Assembly: GCA_963815195.1 (NCBI GenBank)
Contig: CAWFGE010000023.1
Location: 320,001-384,000, forward strand
Direction: 5' to 3'
Origin: an uncultured Planctomycetaceae bacterium
GTDB taxonomy: Bacteria; Planctomycetota; Planctomycetia; Planctomycetales; Planctomycetaceae
Length of the DNA stretch: 64,000 bases
Numbering within the stretch: the stretch's first letter is position 1; every line of letters begins with the position of its first letter. This document shows, one piece after another, positions 20,300 to 30,868 of this stretch. The notes beneath the pieces are model-generated. The model made no database searches. It was not told the origin of the DNA and saw only the letters and a program-made list of their open reading frames with translations. A program made the position numbers and the translations under genes.

Positions 20300-23122
20300 T
20301 CAGCCCGGTTCCGGATCCAGGTTGGCCAGGAGCGATTCCAAGGTTGCCGGCTCCACGGGCTTGACGAGATGGTAATCGAAGCCCGCCTCGTGGGAGCGGC
20401 GTTTGTCTTCTTCCTGCCCCCAGCCCGTCAAGGCGACGATGAAGATGCGGCCGCCCCACGGTTGCTCTCGAATGCGGCGGCAGGTCTCGTAGCCGTTCAA
20501 CTTCGGCATGCCGATGTCCAGGAGGATCATGTCGGGGCGGAACTCTTCGGCCCTTTCGATCCCCTGCAAGCCGTCGTGGGCGGTGCGGATTTCGTTGCCC
20601 ATGATTTTGAGCATCATGGACATGGTTTTGGCGGCATCGACGTTGTCGTCCACCACCAGAATCCGGTGCCGGGTTTGCTTTTCCACGAGTTGTCTTCCTT
20701 TATTCACTTGTGGTTGTTGATTAAGGGGTGCGGCGACGGCCGGGAGCCGGATGATGAACTCGCTGCCCCGGCCGGGGCCTTCGCTGCGGGCCTCGACGCG
20801 GCCGCCGTGCATCTCGACCAACTGTTTGACGATGCTCAGCCCGACGCCCAATCCGCCCTGCGATTTTTCCAAGGAGCGGTCCCCTTGGATGAACATCTCG
20901 AAGACCTTGGGAAGCATATCGGCGGAAATGCCGATGCCCGTGTCTTTGACGCTGACGACCGCCTCGCCATCCTCGCGGCGGACCGCCAGCCAGATCGAGC
21001 ATCCGGCGTCGCTGTACTTGACGGCGTTGCTCAGAAGATTCGCGACCGCTTGCGCCAGGCGGGTCTTGTCGGCCTCCACGTACACTGGCTCATCGGGCAA
21101 CGCGACCGTCAGGTTCCGGTGCTGCTCGCCGATCATCGGCTGACAAGATTCGAGAGCGCTGTGGACCGCTTCCCGTAGTGGAATCCGCTCTTTCCTTAGC
21201 TCGATCTTGCCTTGCTGAATGCGGCTCAAATCGAGCAGGTCGTCGACGAGCCGGACCATGTGCTCCAGTTGCCGCTCCATCATGGCGCGGGATTCCGCGA
21301 TGGTTTCGGGATCCTCTCCCGCAAGGCGGAGGACTTCAAGTCCATTGCGGAGGGGTGCGAGGGGATTGCGGAGTTCGTGGGCGAGCAAGGCGAGGAATTC
21401 GTTCTTGTGGCGCTCGGCCTCTTTGCGCGCCGTGATGTCGCGGGCAATTTTCGAGGCCCCGACGACCTTGCCTTCGGTGTTCTTGATGGGGGAGACCGTG
21501 AGCGAGACGTCGATTCGCCCGCCGTCTTTGCGAATCCGCTCCGTCTCGAAATGCTCGATCATTTCTCCGCGCCCGATCTGCTCCAGGATTTCGGGCAATT
21601 CGTCAGGGTGATTTTCCGGAATCAGCACGGTGAGGGGCTTGCCGACGATTTCCTCCGACGCGTAGCCATAGAGCCGCTCGGCCCCTTTGTTCCAACTGAG
21701 CACATTGCCCGTTAAGCTGATGCCGATGATGGCGTCTTCCGACGATTCCACGATCGCGGCCATGTGCATTCGGGTCTGCATGGCTTTTCGGGCTTCGGTC
21801 ACGTCGCGGAAGACCAGCACGACGCCCGCGATGGTGCCGTCTTCGCCTCGGATCGGGGCGCCGGAATCGTCGATGGGATATTCCGTCCCGTCTTTGGAGA
21901 TCAGCACCGTGTGGTTGGCCAATCCGACCACCACGCCTTTCTCGAGCACCTTACAAACGGGGTTCTCCACAGGCTGCCGCGTTTGCTCATGGATGATGTG
22001 AAACATATCGTCCAACAGTTTGCCCGCGGCTTCTTCGGGATTCCAGCCCGTCAATTTCACCGCCACCGGATTGAGGAAAGTCACCCGGCCGTGGTTGTCG
22101 GTGACGATCACCGCGTCCCCAATGCTTTTGAGCGTGACGTGCAACTCCTCCCGCTGCCGCCTTTCTTCCTCCTGGGCCCGCTGCGCTTCGCGGGCGCTCT
22201 CTTCGGCGGCTTTACGGGCGGCTTCTTCCTGCAGGAGTCGGCGGGCTTTCTCCTCGGCCGCTTTGCGTTCGGTCAAGTCTCGCGTGACCTTCCCGTAGCC
22301 TCGCAGCACGCCGTTCTCGTCTCGCAAGGCCGTAATGACGACATTGGCCCAGAACCGCGAGCCGTCCTTGCGGATTCGCCAGCCTTCGTCCTCGAACCGG
22401 CCCTTGGCCGCTGCCCGCCGGAGTTCCTCCGCCGGCCAACCCTGGTCGATGGCTTCCTGCGGATAGAACCGCGAGAAGTGCGCGCCGATGATCTCTTCCG
22501 CGGTGTAGCCCTTGATTCGCTCCGCCCCGGCGTTCCAAGTCGCGACGAGGCCCTCCGGGTCAATCATGAAGATCGCGTAAGCTTCGACGTTCTCGACCAT
22601 CAAACGAAAACGCTCTTCGCCGATTCGGACCGTTTCCTCGGCTTGCTTGCGATCCGTCAGATCGCGGGTGATCTTTAGGAAGCCCCGGACCTCGCCGGAC
22701 TTGTCCCAGAGGGCGGTGATGACGATGTTCGCCCAGAACCGCGTCCCGTCCTGGCGGATTCGCCAGCCCTCATCCTCGAACCGGCCGGTTTGGGCGGCCA
22801 CTTCGAGTTCGTGCGCGGGCCAGCCTGATGAAACGGCCTCTTTGGGATAGAATCGCGAAAAGTGCTGCCCGATGATCTCCTCCGGCCGGTAGCCTTTGAT
22901 AAACTCGGCTCCGGAGTTCCACGTGAGGATATGGCCCTGCCGGTCCATAAGGAAAATGGCGTAATCCCGCACGCCCGCCACCAACTTCGCAAATTCCTCC
23001 TCGCTGTGCCCGAGCGACTTTTCGGCCCGTTTCTGTTCTGAAAGGGCCGAGTCTAAAGATGTCCGGGATTCCCGCAGTTCCGCCGACCTCCCCCGGAGCA
23101 TTCGCTTCAAAAAATTCCACAT
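20300..23122 (-). CDS. Cytoplasmic hybrid histidine kinase (4 PAS + HisKA + HATPase + REC)
   Basis: Repeated PAS WN.GAE..GY motifs, AHELRNPLAP, NLLSNAVKY, GGLGVGL, and a receiver domain ILVVDDN..LDIGMP. Confidence 0.93.
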   Translation of the reverse strand: MWNFLKRMLRGRSAELRESRTSLDSALSEQKRAEKSLGHSEEEFAKLVAGVRDYAIFLMDRQGHILTWNSGAEFIKGYRPEEIIGQHFSRFYPKEAVSSGWPAHELEVAAQTGRFEDEGWRIRQDGTRFWANIVITALWDKSGEVRGFLKITRDLTDRKQAEETVRIGEERFRLMVENVEAYAIFMIDPEGLVATWNAGAERIKGYTAEEIIGAHFSRFYPQEAIDQGWPAEELRRAAAKGRFEDEGWRIRKDGSRFWANVVITALRDENGVLRGYGKVTRDLTERKAAEEKARRLLQEEAARKAAEESAREAQRAQEEERRQREELHVTLKSIGDAVIVTDNHGRVTFLNPVAVKLTGWNPEEAAGKLLDDMFHIIHEQTRQPVENPVCKVLEKGVVVGLANHTVLISKDGTEYPIDDSGAPIRGEDGTIAGVVLVFRDVTEARKAMQTRMHMAAIVESSEDAIIGISLTGNVLSWNKGAERLYGYASEEIVGKPLTVLIPENHPDELPEILEQIGRGEMIEHFETERIRKDGGRIDVSLTVSPIKNTEGKVVGASKIARDITARKEAERHKNEFLALLAHELRNPLAPLRNGLEVLRLAGEDPETIAESRAMMERQLEHMVRLVDDLLDLSRIQQGKIELRKERIPLREAVHSALESCQPMIGEQHRNLTVALPDEPVYVEADKTRLAQAVANLLSNAVKYSDAGCSIWLAVRREDGEAVVSVKDTGIGISADMLPKVFEMFIQGDRSLEKSQGGLGVGLSIVKQLVEMHGGRVEARSEGPGRGSEFIIRLPAVAAPLNQQPQVNKGRQLVEKQTRHRILVVDDNVDAAKTMSMMLKIMGNEIRTAHDGLQGIERAEEFRPDMILLDIGMPKLNGYETCRRIREQPWGGRIFIVALTGWGQEEDKRRSHEAGFDYHLVKPVEPATLESLLANLDPEPG

Positions 23123-23545
23123 ACTCTATGTCTGTCCCGTATTGGAGCCGCGGCCCCCGGCGGTCGCCTCTTTGTCTTGATGTATTCTCCCCGCGGAAGC
23201 CGCCGGAATCTGTCGTGAGACAAACCAAACCGGCTTTTCGAGGGGCAGTTGATGGCGGATGGGGTCTGACGACATCGATGGTAACCGACGCCTTCCCTTT
23301 CGTTGCCCGATGCTCCCGAGAGGTGGTGTGAAATGGCCGCGAAACCCGCATCCGGTGCGTTTCCGTTGATTCCGCGCCGTTTATTCGCTGGACAGGTATT
23401 TCCAAAACTATTGTAGGGAGCGGGTTCCGTCATCCACCATCGGAGAAAAGCCTAAATCCTTGCGGGAAGAACCCATTGAGCACCGGAATCTCTCGACCGG
23501 ATTTGGCGGTCCTCGATCGAAAAGCGAAGCTCGCCCGCTGGTTGC

Positions 23546-23740
23546 CTAGGACCGTGCGAGAATCACTAAAACGACAAGACATCCAAATGTTTCCAATCCG
23601 ATGATGAACCAAAACGGACCCGCGGCCTTTTCCCGTTGGACCGAGTGATCGAGGCCCAGAATTGCGATCCCGCTGACGATCTGAACGACGAGCCACAGAA
23701 AAGAAAGAACAAGGCCAATGATGGGGAGCCAAACCTGCAT
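23546..23740 (-). CDS. Small two-TM membrane protein
   Basis: MQVWLPIIGLVLSFLWLVV...REKAAGPFWFIIG; lies directly downstream of dprA. Confidence 0.5.
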   Translation of the reverse strand: MQVWLPIIGLVLSFLWLVVQIVSGIAILGLDHSVQREKAAGPFWFIIGLETFGCLVVLVILARS

Positions 23741-23789
23741 AACGCGACTTTCGACCTTTCTGGCTCGTCTCAATGTCATCTGGGAATTG

Positions 23790-24953
23790 TTAATGACTCG
23801 CCCGCACCAGGTAACCGCCCGGCAGTCTGCGGAGGAAGCGTTTCATTTCCAACACCGTGAGCGTGGAGAGCACGCGGGACGAATCGAGGTCGGAAGCTCG
23901 TAGAATCTGGTCGATATGCTGAGGCTCCAACGTCACAAGATTCAAAACGGCCCGCTCGATTTCGTTTAACAGGAGTTCGCGGGGGCTGTGGACTTCTTCT
24001 TTGGGGGTGATGGCGACAGGGTTTGTCAACGGGCCGAGGGCGGCGAGAATGTCGTCGGCATTGCGGATAAGCGTGGCCCCATCGCGGAGCAAATCGTGGC
24101 AGCCTTCGCTGGCGAGGCTGTCGATCGGACCGGGGACGACCATGACTTCCCGCCCCTGTTCCAGAGCGTGCCGGGCCGTGTGGAGGGCCCCGCTTTTGCG
24201 GGAGGCTTCCACGATCAACACGCCCGCCGCCAGCCCGCTGATGATCCGGTTTCGTTGCGGGAACAAACCGGCCAGCGGTTTTTGGTCCAAAGGCATCTCG
24301 GTGAGGAGGGCCCCGCTCTCGGCGACCTGCCGGGCGAGTTGCGCGTGCTCCGGCGGATAAATCGAAGACAACCCCGTGGCCAGGACCGCGAGCGTCCGGC
24401 CTCCGACTTTCAAGGCTCCCCGGTGGGCGGCCCCGTCGATGCCCCGCGCCAAGCCGCTGACGATCGTCACCCCCGCGAGCGCCAACGTGGCTGCGAGTTT
24501 CTCGGCGGTGCGAACGCCATAGGGAGTGCACCGCCGGGAGCCGACGATGCCCAGAGCCAATTCGTCGCGCGGTTCGACCCGGCCTTGGCAGTAGAGAAAC
24601 GTGGGGGGATCGAAAATCTGCGAGAGCAGCCGGGGGTAATCGTCTTCACCTCGAATGTAAAACTTGATGTCCAAATTCCGGCAGCGTGCCAGTTCCCGTT
24701 CGGCGGGCGCGGTGTTGTCTCGGCCATCCAAAATCGCCAGCGCCAGCTTGGGGCCGATGCCGGGCACCGACCTGAGATCGTGGCTTCTGGCTCGGAGGAC
24801 TTCGCCCGCATCGCCGAAGTGGTCGAGCAAGGCCTGCCGCATCCTCGGCCCCACGCCCGGCACGAGGTTCAACCGCAACATCTCCAACAGCCGGGCCTCA
24901 TCGACGCCATTGCCCGGAGGCTCCGCAGCAGGTTGAACGGCCGAATCTGTCAT
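23790..24953 (-). CDS. dprA: DNA-processing protein DprA
   Basis: VGSRRCTPYG, VSGLARGIDGAAH, FPQRNRIISG, VEASRKSGALHTA, C-terminal winged helix. Confidence 0.96.
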   Translation of the reverse strand: MTDSAVQPAAEPPGNGVDEARLLEMLRLNLVPGVGPRMRQALLDHFGDAGEVLRARSHDLRSVPGIGPKLALAILDGRDNTAPAERELARCRNLDIKFYIRGEDDYPRLLSQIFDPPTFLYCQGRVEPRDELALGIVGSRRCTPYGVRTAEKLAATLALAGVTIVSGLARGIDGAAHRGALKVGGRTLAVLATGLSSIYPPEHAQLARQVAESGALLTEMPLDQKPLAGLFPQRNRIISGLAAGVLIVEASRKSGALHTARHALEQGREVMVVPGPIDSLASEGCHDLLRDGATLIRNADDILAALGPLTNPVAITPKEEVHSPRELLLNEIERAVLNLVTLEPQHIDQILRASDLDSSRVLSTLTVLEMKRFLRRLPGGYLVRASH

Positions 24954-25025
24954 CTCGGTTTATCGGTTTTCAGTCTAGGGCTCGCCTGAACTCCCAATCT
25001 CCGTGTCTCCCAATCTGCTTTATCT

Positions 25026-26201
25026 TCAAGCGTGTCCGCAGTCTTTGAGAAAATCGCGGACCTCGGCTTCCGGGATGTTGGGATAAACCTTGACTTCACC
25101 GATGCGAGTGGGCAGGACGAAACGGAGCTGCCCGGAGACGGCTTTCTTGTCGAGCCGCATCCGGCTGAGAATTTCGTCGACGGTGAAGCTCAAGCCCTCG
25201 GGCAAGGCCGTCGGCAGGTCCAGGGATTCCAACAATTTCCGTTGCCGATCGGTGACGGATTCGTCGATGAGGTTGGCGCGTTCGGCGAGCCGGCTGGCAT
25301 AGATCATCCCGATCGCCACCGCTTCTCCGTGCAAGAGTTCTCCGGAACGGCAGAGGTTCTCGAAGGCATGTCCGAACGTGTGCCCGTAATTGAGCACCGC
25401 CCGCAGTCCCGTGTGCTCGAACTCGTCCTGCTCGACCACGTCCGCCTTGATCCGGCAGCAGCGGGCGATGAGGGATTGCATCACCTCGGCCGAGCGGTTC
25501 TTGATGCCTTCGAGGTTCTGCTCCAATTCGGTGAAGAACTCCTCGTCGAGAATCACGCCGTATTTGACGACCTCGGCCATGCCCGCTTGGAAGTCGCGTT
25601 CGGGAAGCGTCTGCAGCGTCGCCGTGTCGATCACCACGCCCAAGGGCTGATGAAACGCCCCGATCAGGTTTTTGCCCTTGGGGTGATTGATGCCCACCTT
25701 GCCGCCGACCGAACTGTCCACGTGGGCCAAAAGGGTCGTGGGGATTTGTACGAAGGGAATTCCGCGGACATAGGTCGCGGCCACGAAGCCCGCGGTGTCC
25801 CCGACCACGCCGCCGCCCACAGCGAACACCACGGTTTGACGGCCGGCTTGCATCTCCACGAGGCGATCGTACATCTCCGAGACCACCGGCAGCGACTTGG
25901 AAGATTCGCCCGGGATCATTACGAACAATTCGCATTCCCAACCGCCGGCCGAGAGGCTTTGATGAACGGCTTCGCCGTGCGGTTGGGCGACGTTTTGGTC
26001 GGTGACCACCAAGGCCTTTCGCTGGCCGGGCTGCATGCCGGGACGGTCCTCGAACCACGGCTCGATCGCCGAGGCAATGTGGGGCAAGTAATCCGTCACG
26101 ATGAACACATCGTAACTTCGCGGCCCCAGGTAAACCTGAACGGTGCGGGGTTTGGGAGTCTCAGCCACGGGAATGTTTCTTTCTGGGGGTCGGAGGATCA
26201 A
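25026..26201 (-). CDS. aroB: 3-dehydroquinate synthase
   Basis: GGGVVGDTAGF, PTTLLAHVDSSVGGK, LNYGHTFGHA, HGEAV. The true start may be GTG ~26168. Confidence 0.96.
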   Translation of the reverse strand: MILRPPERNIPVAETPKPRTVQVYLGPRSYDVFIVTDYLPHIASAIEPWFEDRPGMQPGQRKALVVTDQNVAQPHGEAVHQSLSAGGWECELFVMIPGESSKSLPVVSEMYDRLVEMQAGRQTVVFAVGGGVVGDTAGFVAATYVRGIPFVQIPTTLLAHVDSSVGGKVGINHPKGKNLIGAFHQPLGVVIDTATLQTLPERDFQAGMAEVVKYGVILDEEFFTELEQNLEGIKNRSAEVMQSLIARCCRIKADVVEQDEFEHTGLRAVLNYGHTFGHAFENLCRSGELLHGEAVAIGMIYASRLAERANLIDESVTDRQRKLLESLDLPTALPEGLSFTVDEILSRMRLDKKAVSGQLRFVLPTRIGEVKVYPNIPEAEVRDFLKDCGHA

Positions 26202-26659
26202 TCCTTCAATTGGAAAATCGCTTCCACTTCCACCGGGATGTTGCCCGGCAGCGAGCCCATGCCCACGGCACTGCGGGCCCCGCGGCCGGCTTCCCCAAAG
26301 ACATCCACCATCAATTGGCTGAACCCGTTGATCACCGAGGGGTGGCGGTGGAAATCGGGCGTCGCATTCACCATGCCCAGCACCTTCACCACGCGCTCGA
26401 TCCTGTCCAACGACCCCAGTTGTGTGAGCACCGTGGCGAGAATCGTGAGGCCGACCTGCCGGGCCGCGTTGCGTCCTTCTTCTTCGGTCAGGTCTTGTCC
26501 CACCCGGCCCGTGATGAGCGTGCCGTCCAGTTGCACAGGTCCATGCCCCGAAACGTAGAGCATGCTTCCGACTTGGACCGCGGGAGTGTAAATCCCGCCC
26601 GGCTTGGGGGCTTCGGGAAGTTGGAGTTGGAGTTCGGCAATGCGGGCGTCAGCGCTCAT
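26198..26659 (-). CDS. RidA/YjgF family protein
   Basis: YVSGHGP, VINGFSQLMVDVFG, ARSAVGMGSLP..IPVEVE. Confidence 0.9.
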   Translation of the reverse strand: MSADARIAELQLQLPEAPKPGGIYTPAVQVGSMLYVSGHGPVQLDGTLITGRVGQDLTEEEGRNAARQVGLTILATVLTQLGSLDRIERVVKVLGMVNATPDFHRHPSVINGFSQLMVDVFGEAGRGARSAVGMGSLPGNIPVEVEAIFQLKD

Positions 26660-26998
26660 GGTGGAGAATCCTCAATCGACGGGCAAAAACGGTGAGGTTG
26701 CGGTTCGCCCCTTCAGAATACGGAAATTCGCCGCGAATTGCCAAAGCTCCGGGGAGCGGGAATCCGATTTTTACCAATCCCCACCGACCGGCCGCGTCGT
26801 CCATGGATTCCCAATCATGCAAAACCTTGCAGAGCTATCATGGCGTGCAAATTGTTGCGCAATCCATAAGTCAACTTGATCCGTCCCATCGGCAGCGTCT
26901 AGGATGAGGTGGGCCAATTCTGAATTTTGCATTAAGACCTGCCTGAAAAAACCTGCCTCTTTCCGACCTTTTTTGGAGATTTTCCGAGGAGAACTGCG

Positions 26999-28019
26999 AT
27001 GTCCGTCCGTATTTCCCGCGCTCGCCGAGCGTTTACGTTGATTGAACTTTTGGTGGTGATCGCCATTATCGCCATTTTGATCGCGCTACTGCTGCCCGCC
27101 GTTCAGCAAGCCCGCGAAGCCGCCCGGCGGTCGACTTGCAAAAACAACCTCAAGCAGTTGGGCCTTGCACTTCACAATTATCACGACATCTACAAGATGT
27201 TCCCGGCCCGGCAAGGCGGCAGTGGAACCAAAAACAGTGGCGGCCTTCGCACCCGCATGAGCGCCCATGTGGCTTTGTGCCCCCAAATGGATCAGACCCC
27301 GCTTTACAAGCAAATCCAGAGCGCCAACAACGCCCCTTGGTCGAACAGACTCATGGTGGAACACGACCGTTCCCGCTCTGGTTTGCCCGTCCGATTCGGG
27401 CACCACTCCGCCCGCCGGTTCGGGACCGCATGGGCTTTCCAGTTACGCCTACTCGGCCGGTGACAGTTTGGCGGGCAGCAACACGTCCAGCGGCCCGATC
27501 CGCACGCGGGGCTTGTTCGGGGCGATGGTGTGTTACGCCATCCGAGACTGCACCGACGGAGCCAGTAACACCTTGATGATGGCCGAACGAATCAAGCCCG
27601 CCGGCACGACCAAATTGGGAATGGTCTCGACGATGGGCACCAATCCGCCGTCCACCTGCTTCGCGGCCTACATCAATCAGACGCTCCAATCTCCCTACAC
27701 GAGCGACACCTCGCCCGGCTATCGCTGGGGGGACGGGGCGGCTTACTTCGCCGCCGTGACCACCATCTTGCCGCCCAACTCCGCCTCCTGCGGCGGCGAC
27801 CATTGGACGGCGGGCATTTTCTCCGCCTCGAGCCTGCACACGGGCGGTGCGCAGGCCTTGTTCGGCGATGGATCGGTGAAGTTCATCAGCGAAAACATCA
27901 ACGCCGGAAACAGGGGAGCCACCATCCCCTCGGCCACGTCGGGCGGACAATCGCCCTACGGCGTTTGGGGAGCGTTGGGAACCCGCAACGGGGGCGAAGC
28001 CATCAGCAACAACTTCTAA
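26999..28019 (+). CDS. DUF1559 prepilin-type protein (planctomycete-specific); frameshift at ~27347
   Basis: [78 protein letters not shown] (H-X9-DG). Confidence 0.93.
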
Positions 28020-28050
28020 TATGGCATAAAGCCTCTAAACAGTTTTCGCT

Positions 28051-28087
28051 CAAACCGTCCGCGCTGCCGCTCCGCCCGGACGGTTTG
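28051..28087. terminator. Hairpin between convergent genes (possible terminator)
   Basis: CAAACCGTCCG / CGGACGGTTTG 11-bp stem. Confidence 0.5.
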
Positions 28088-28107
28088 TTGTTCCGCTCCT
28101 GTCGAAA

Positions 28108-28151
28108 AAATCCGAAATCCGAAATCCGAAGCCGATTTCGTGCTTCGGATT
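28108..28151. repeat. Short copy of the ATTTCG heptamer element (copy 3)
   Basis: aaatccgaaatccgaaatccgaagccgatttcgtgcttcggatt. Confidence 0.65.
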
Positions 28152-28158
28152 GACATTC

Positions 28159-28509
28159 CTATCGACCGATTTCGTAAATGTCCCAAGGCGTTGCCGTGTT
28201 GGAAATCACAAGCCCGGACGGGTGCCCCGCCGAGAGGAAAAACGGCTCGCGGATTTCCGTTTGCGAGGGGTGCACATAATGCGTGATCGTCGGCACCAAG
28301 GGCACAAACACCTGGCTGACCCGCGTGGACCACATTTCGTTCGCGGGGAACTGCTCCGCCAATTCCCGGTCCCGGCAGGCCATCTCCTCCAGGATCACCG
28401 GATGCCAGGACGCGTCGCGATCTTCCGGTGCACGGTAGTTTTCCCGGGCCCAACAGCGGTAGGAGAATTCGTCGATCAAATCGATCGGGGGAAAGGACAC
28501 GGCGGGCAT
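28159..28509 (-). CDS. Hypothetical protein
   Basis: AAGGA RBS before ATG 28509; WARENY..EDRDASWHPVILEEM segment. Confidence 0.65.
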   Translation of the reverse strand: MPAVSFPPIDLIDEFSYRCWARENYRAPEDRDASWHPVILEEMACRDRELAEQFPANEMWSTRVSQVFVPLVPTITHYVHPSQTEIREPFFLSAGHPSGLVISNTATPWDIYEIGR

Positions 28510-28725
28510 GGGCAATTCCTTTCTGGGTCGCAGAGGTCCTGCGATGTGGAGCGCGAATGAGGACTGCGGGCGGCGTGGGAACATCAAACGGGACAACTCG
28601 GCCGGCTGGAATTCCAATATCGGCGCAATCTCCGCGTGAATTCACCAGTCGCCGCCGGTTTCCCATCAATTCCAGCCGGCCGGCGCCGCCCACAGCGCGC
28701 GATTGCACCAATCGGGAAAACCGCG

Positions 28726-29526
28726 TCAACCGGCTTTTCGGTCGCGCTTCAGCAGGGCCGCCATATGGTAGCCCAACGCGATCGAAAGCGGCTCGGTTGC
28801 GGGATTCGGCCGGCGGACCTCCAGGCGGACCCCATACGGATGCTGAGCGGCCACTTTCCATTCGATCTCGGGATGATCGAGCACTTCGCATTCGATCTCC
28901 GGCACCCTGAGCATCGGCGGGCAAATGGAAAGATGCACGGCTGCGGTTTGCTGGCCCGCGGCGAATTCCACGGCGGACTGGCCCTCGATCGCGTCCCAGC
29001 GATCGCCCTCGTCCGCCAGCACTCGGCGGGTCATCCACTGCGTCAGATCCGGATCGGTTCCCATAGGCACCGAAAATGCCGCGCCCTCTTCCATCGTCTC
29101 GCGCGAATCGCCTGGAGTTTCCGCGCCCTGCCGGCCCAACAGCTCGACGCAAATCGTCAACCCGATGCCCCATGCCGTCACCCAGGCGATGCCCCAACTG
29201 GACGATGCCGGCGAAATCGCGATCCCCAACAAGGTCGGCGGAAGCACGGTGAGCGCCGCGATGGAAAGGTGCTCTCGCCGCGACGAAAAACCAGCGCGGA
29301 ACAAGCGATGACATCCGAGCGCCGCCAGGCTCGCCAAGGCGGCGAGCATCGTTCCCAAGCCGGCCGCGAGCGCGGACATCTCCTGATGAAAGGCCCCCGC
29401 CGACCCGCGGACCGCGAACACCGCCGCGACAAACGCCAAACCGCCCCACAGGACGTAGGCGACCCGCTCGAACGGGACCCATGCCACGCGGGGCAGTTGA
29501 AACTTGATGATTCCGAACATGTCCAT
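28726..29526 (-). CDS. Hypothetical membrane protein (about 4 TM plus soluble C-terminal domain)
   Basis: Hydrophobic N-terminal half; QWMTR..IEG...FAAGQQTAAVHLSICPP; downstream of metK. Confidence 0.7.
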   Translation of the reverse strand: MDMFGIIKFQLPRVAWVPFERVAYVLWGGLAFVAAVFAVRGSAGAFHQEMSALAAGLGTMLAALASLAALGCHRLFRAGFSSRREHLSIAALTVLPPTLLGIAISPASSSWGIAWVTAWGIGLTICVELLGRQGAETPGDSRETMEEGAAFSVPMGTDPDLTQWMTRRVLADEGDRWDAIEGQSAVEFAAGQQTAAVHLSICPPMLRVPEIECEVLDHPEIEWKVAAQHPYGVRLEVRRPNPATEPLSIALGYHMAALLKRDRKAG

Positions 29527-29565
29527 TATTCCCTTAATGGAAATTCGAAAACCGCAGGCTCGCGG

Positions 29566-30747
29566 CTAACCGCTCACCACAAACTGCGGCTTGGGCATTT
29601 CATTGCCGAGGCCCGCGGCATCGCGAAGCTCGGGGGCTTTGTTGGTTTTTTCCCAGGAGAAGTCGGGATCGTTCCGGCCGAAGTGCCCGCCCGCCGCGGT
29701 CTTGCGGAAGATCGGACGCCGGAGTTCGAGATATTTGATGATTCCGGAAGGCGTGAGCGGGAACAGTTCGCGGACGAGCGCTTCGATGCGGGTCTCTTCG
29801 ACCTTCGCCGTGCCGTTCGTTTGCACGTGCACGCTCACGGGTTCCGCCACGCCGATGGCATACGCGAGTTGCACTTCGCATTCGTCGGCGAGCCCGGCCG
29901 CGACGATGTTCTTGGCGATGTGCCGGGCCATGTACGCCGCGGAGCGGTCCACTTTGGTCGAATCCTTCCCGCTGAAGGCTCCGCCGCCGTGCCGGCCCCA
30001 ACCGCCGTAGGTGTCCACAATGATCTTCCGCCCGGTGAGACCCGTGTCGCCGTGCGGTCCGCCGATCACGAATTTCCCGGTCGGATTGATGTGATACTTC
30101 GCGGCGGCGGAGAGGAGGTTTTCGGGAATCGACTTCCGTACCACCTCTTCTTTGACGAACTCGTGGATCTCCTCTTGCGTTACCTTGGCATCATGCTGCG
30201 TCGAAACCACCACCGCGGACACGTCCAGCGGAGTCCGGCCGTCGTAGTTGACCGTCACCTGGCTCTTGCTGTCGGGACGCAGCCAATTGACGACATTTTG
30301 TTGCCGGACTTCCGTAAGCCGGTTGATAATGCGATGCGAAAGCGCGATCGGCACCGGCATGTATTCTTCGGTCTGATTGCAGGCGTAACCGAACATCAAC
30401 CCCTGGTCGCCGGCCCCGTCCTGATCCACGCCGAGCGCGATGTCCGCGCTTTGGCTGTGGAGCGCGAGGAAAATCCGGCAGCTATCGGCATCGAAGCCGA
30501 TGTCGTCGCTCACATAGCCGATGTCCCGCACGACCTCGCGCACAATTTTCTCGTGGTCGATTTTGGCCTTTGTCCGCACCTCGCCTGAAAGAACCACCAG
30601 ATCCGTGGTGCAAAGCGTTTCGCAGGCCACCCGCGATTGGGGGTCTTGGGCCAACAGGGCGTCCAGAATCCCGTCGGACACCTGATCGGACACCTTGTCC
30701 GGGTGGCCCATGCTGACGGATTCACTGGTAAAGGCATAAACTGACAT
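29566..30747 (-). CDS. metK: S-adenosylmethionine synthetase
   Basis: [42 protein letters not shown]. Confidence 0.98.
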   Translation of the reverse strand: MSVYAFTSESVSMGHPDKVSDQVSDGILDALLAQDPQSRVACETLCTTDLVVLSGEVRTKAKIDHEKIVREVVRDIGYVSDDIGFDADSCRIFLALHSQSADIALGVDQDGAGDQGLMFGYACNQTEEYMPVPIALSHRIINRLTEVRQQNVVNWLRPDSKSQVTVNYDGRTPLDVSAVVVSTQHDAKVTQEEIHEFVKEEVVRKSIPENLLSAAAKYHINPTGKFVIGGPHGDTGLTGRKIIVDTYGGWGRHGGGAFSGKDSTKVDRSAAYMARHIAKNIVAAGLADECEVQLAYAIGVAEPVSVHVQTNGTAKVEETRIEALVRELFPLTPSGIIKYLELRRPIFRKTAAGGHFGRNDPDFSWEKTNKAPELRDAAGLGNEMPKPQFVVSG

Positions 30748-30868
30748 CGAAACTTCAACCGTTCTTCTAAAGTGAGTAGGACTTTATTCGATAACTCACG
30801 GAAGATTGTAGTGGTTCCCCCCATTTGGAACAACCGAAGTCCCAAAGAGCAGGGTGGCCTCGGGACCA

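Noticed and set aside
22270..22980. Two similar tandem PAS domains as a novel repeat
   Set aside because: This is a common architecture in hybrid kinases.
23790..24953. dprA as evidence that the filament is a competence pilus
   Set aside because: dprA sits in a ridA-aroB housekeeping run separated from the locus, and no comEA/comEC is present.
26840..26856. Sigma54-like site TGGCGTGCAAATTGT upstream of the DUF1559 gene
   Set aside because: The -12 element reads GT rather than the near-invariant GC; too weak to call.
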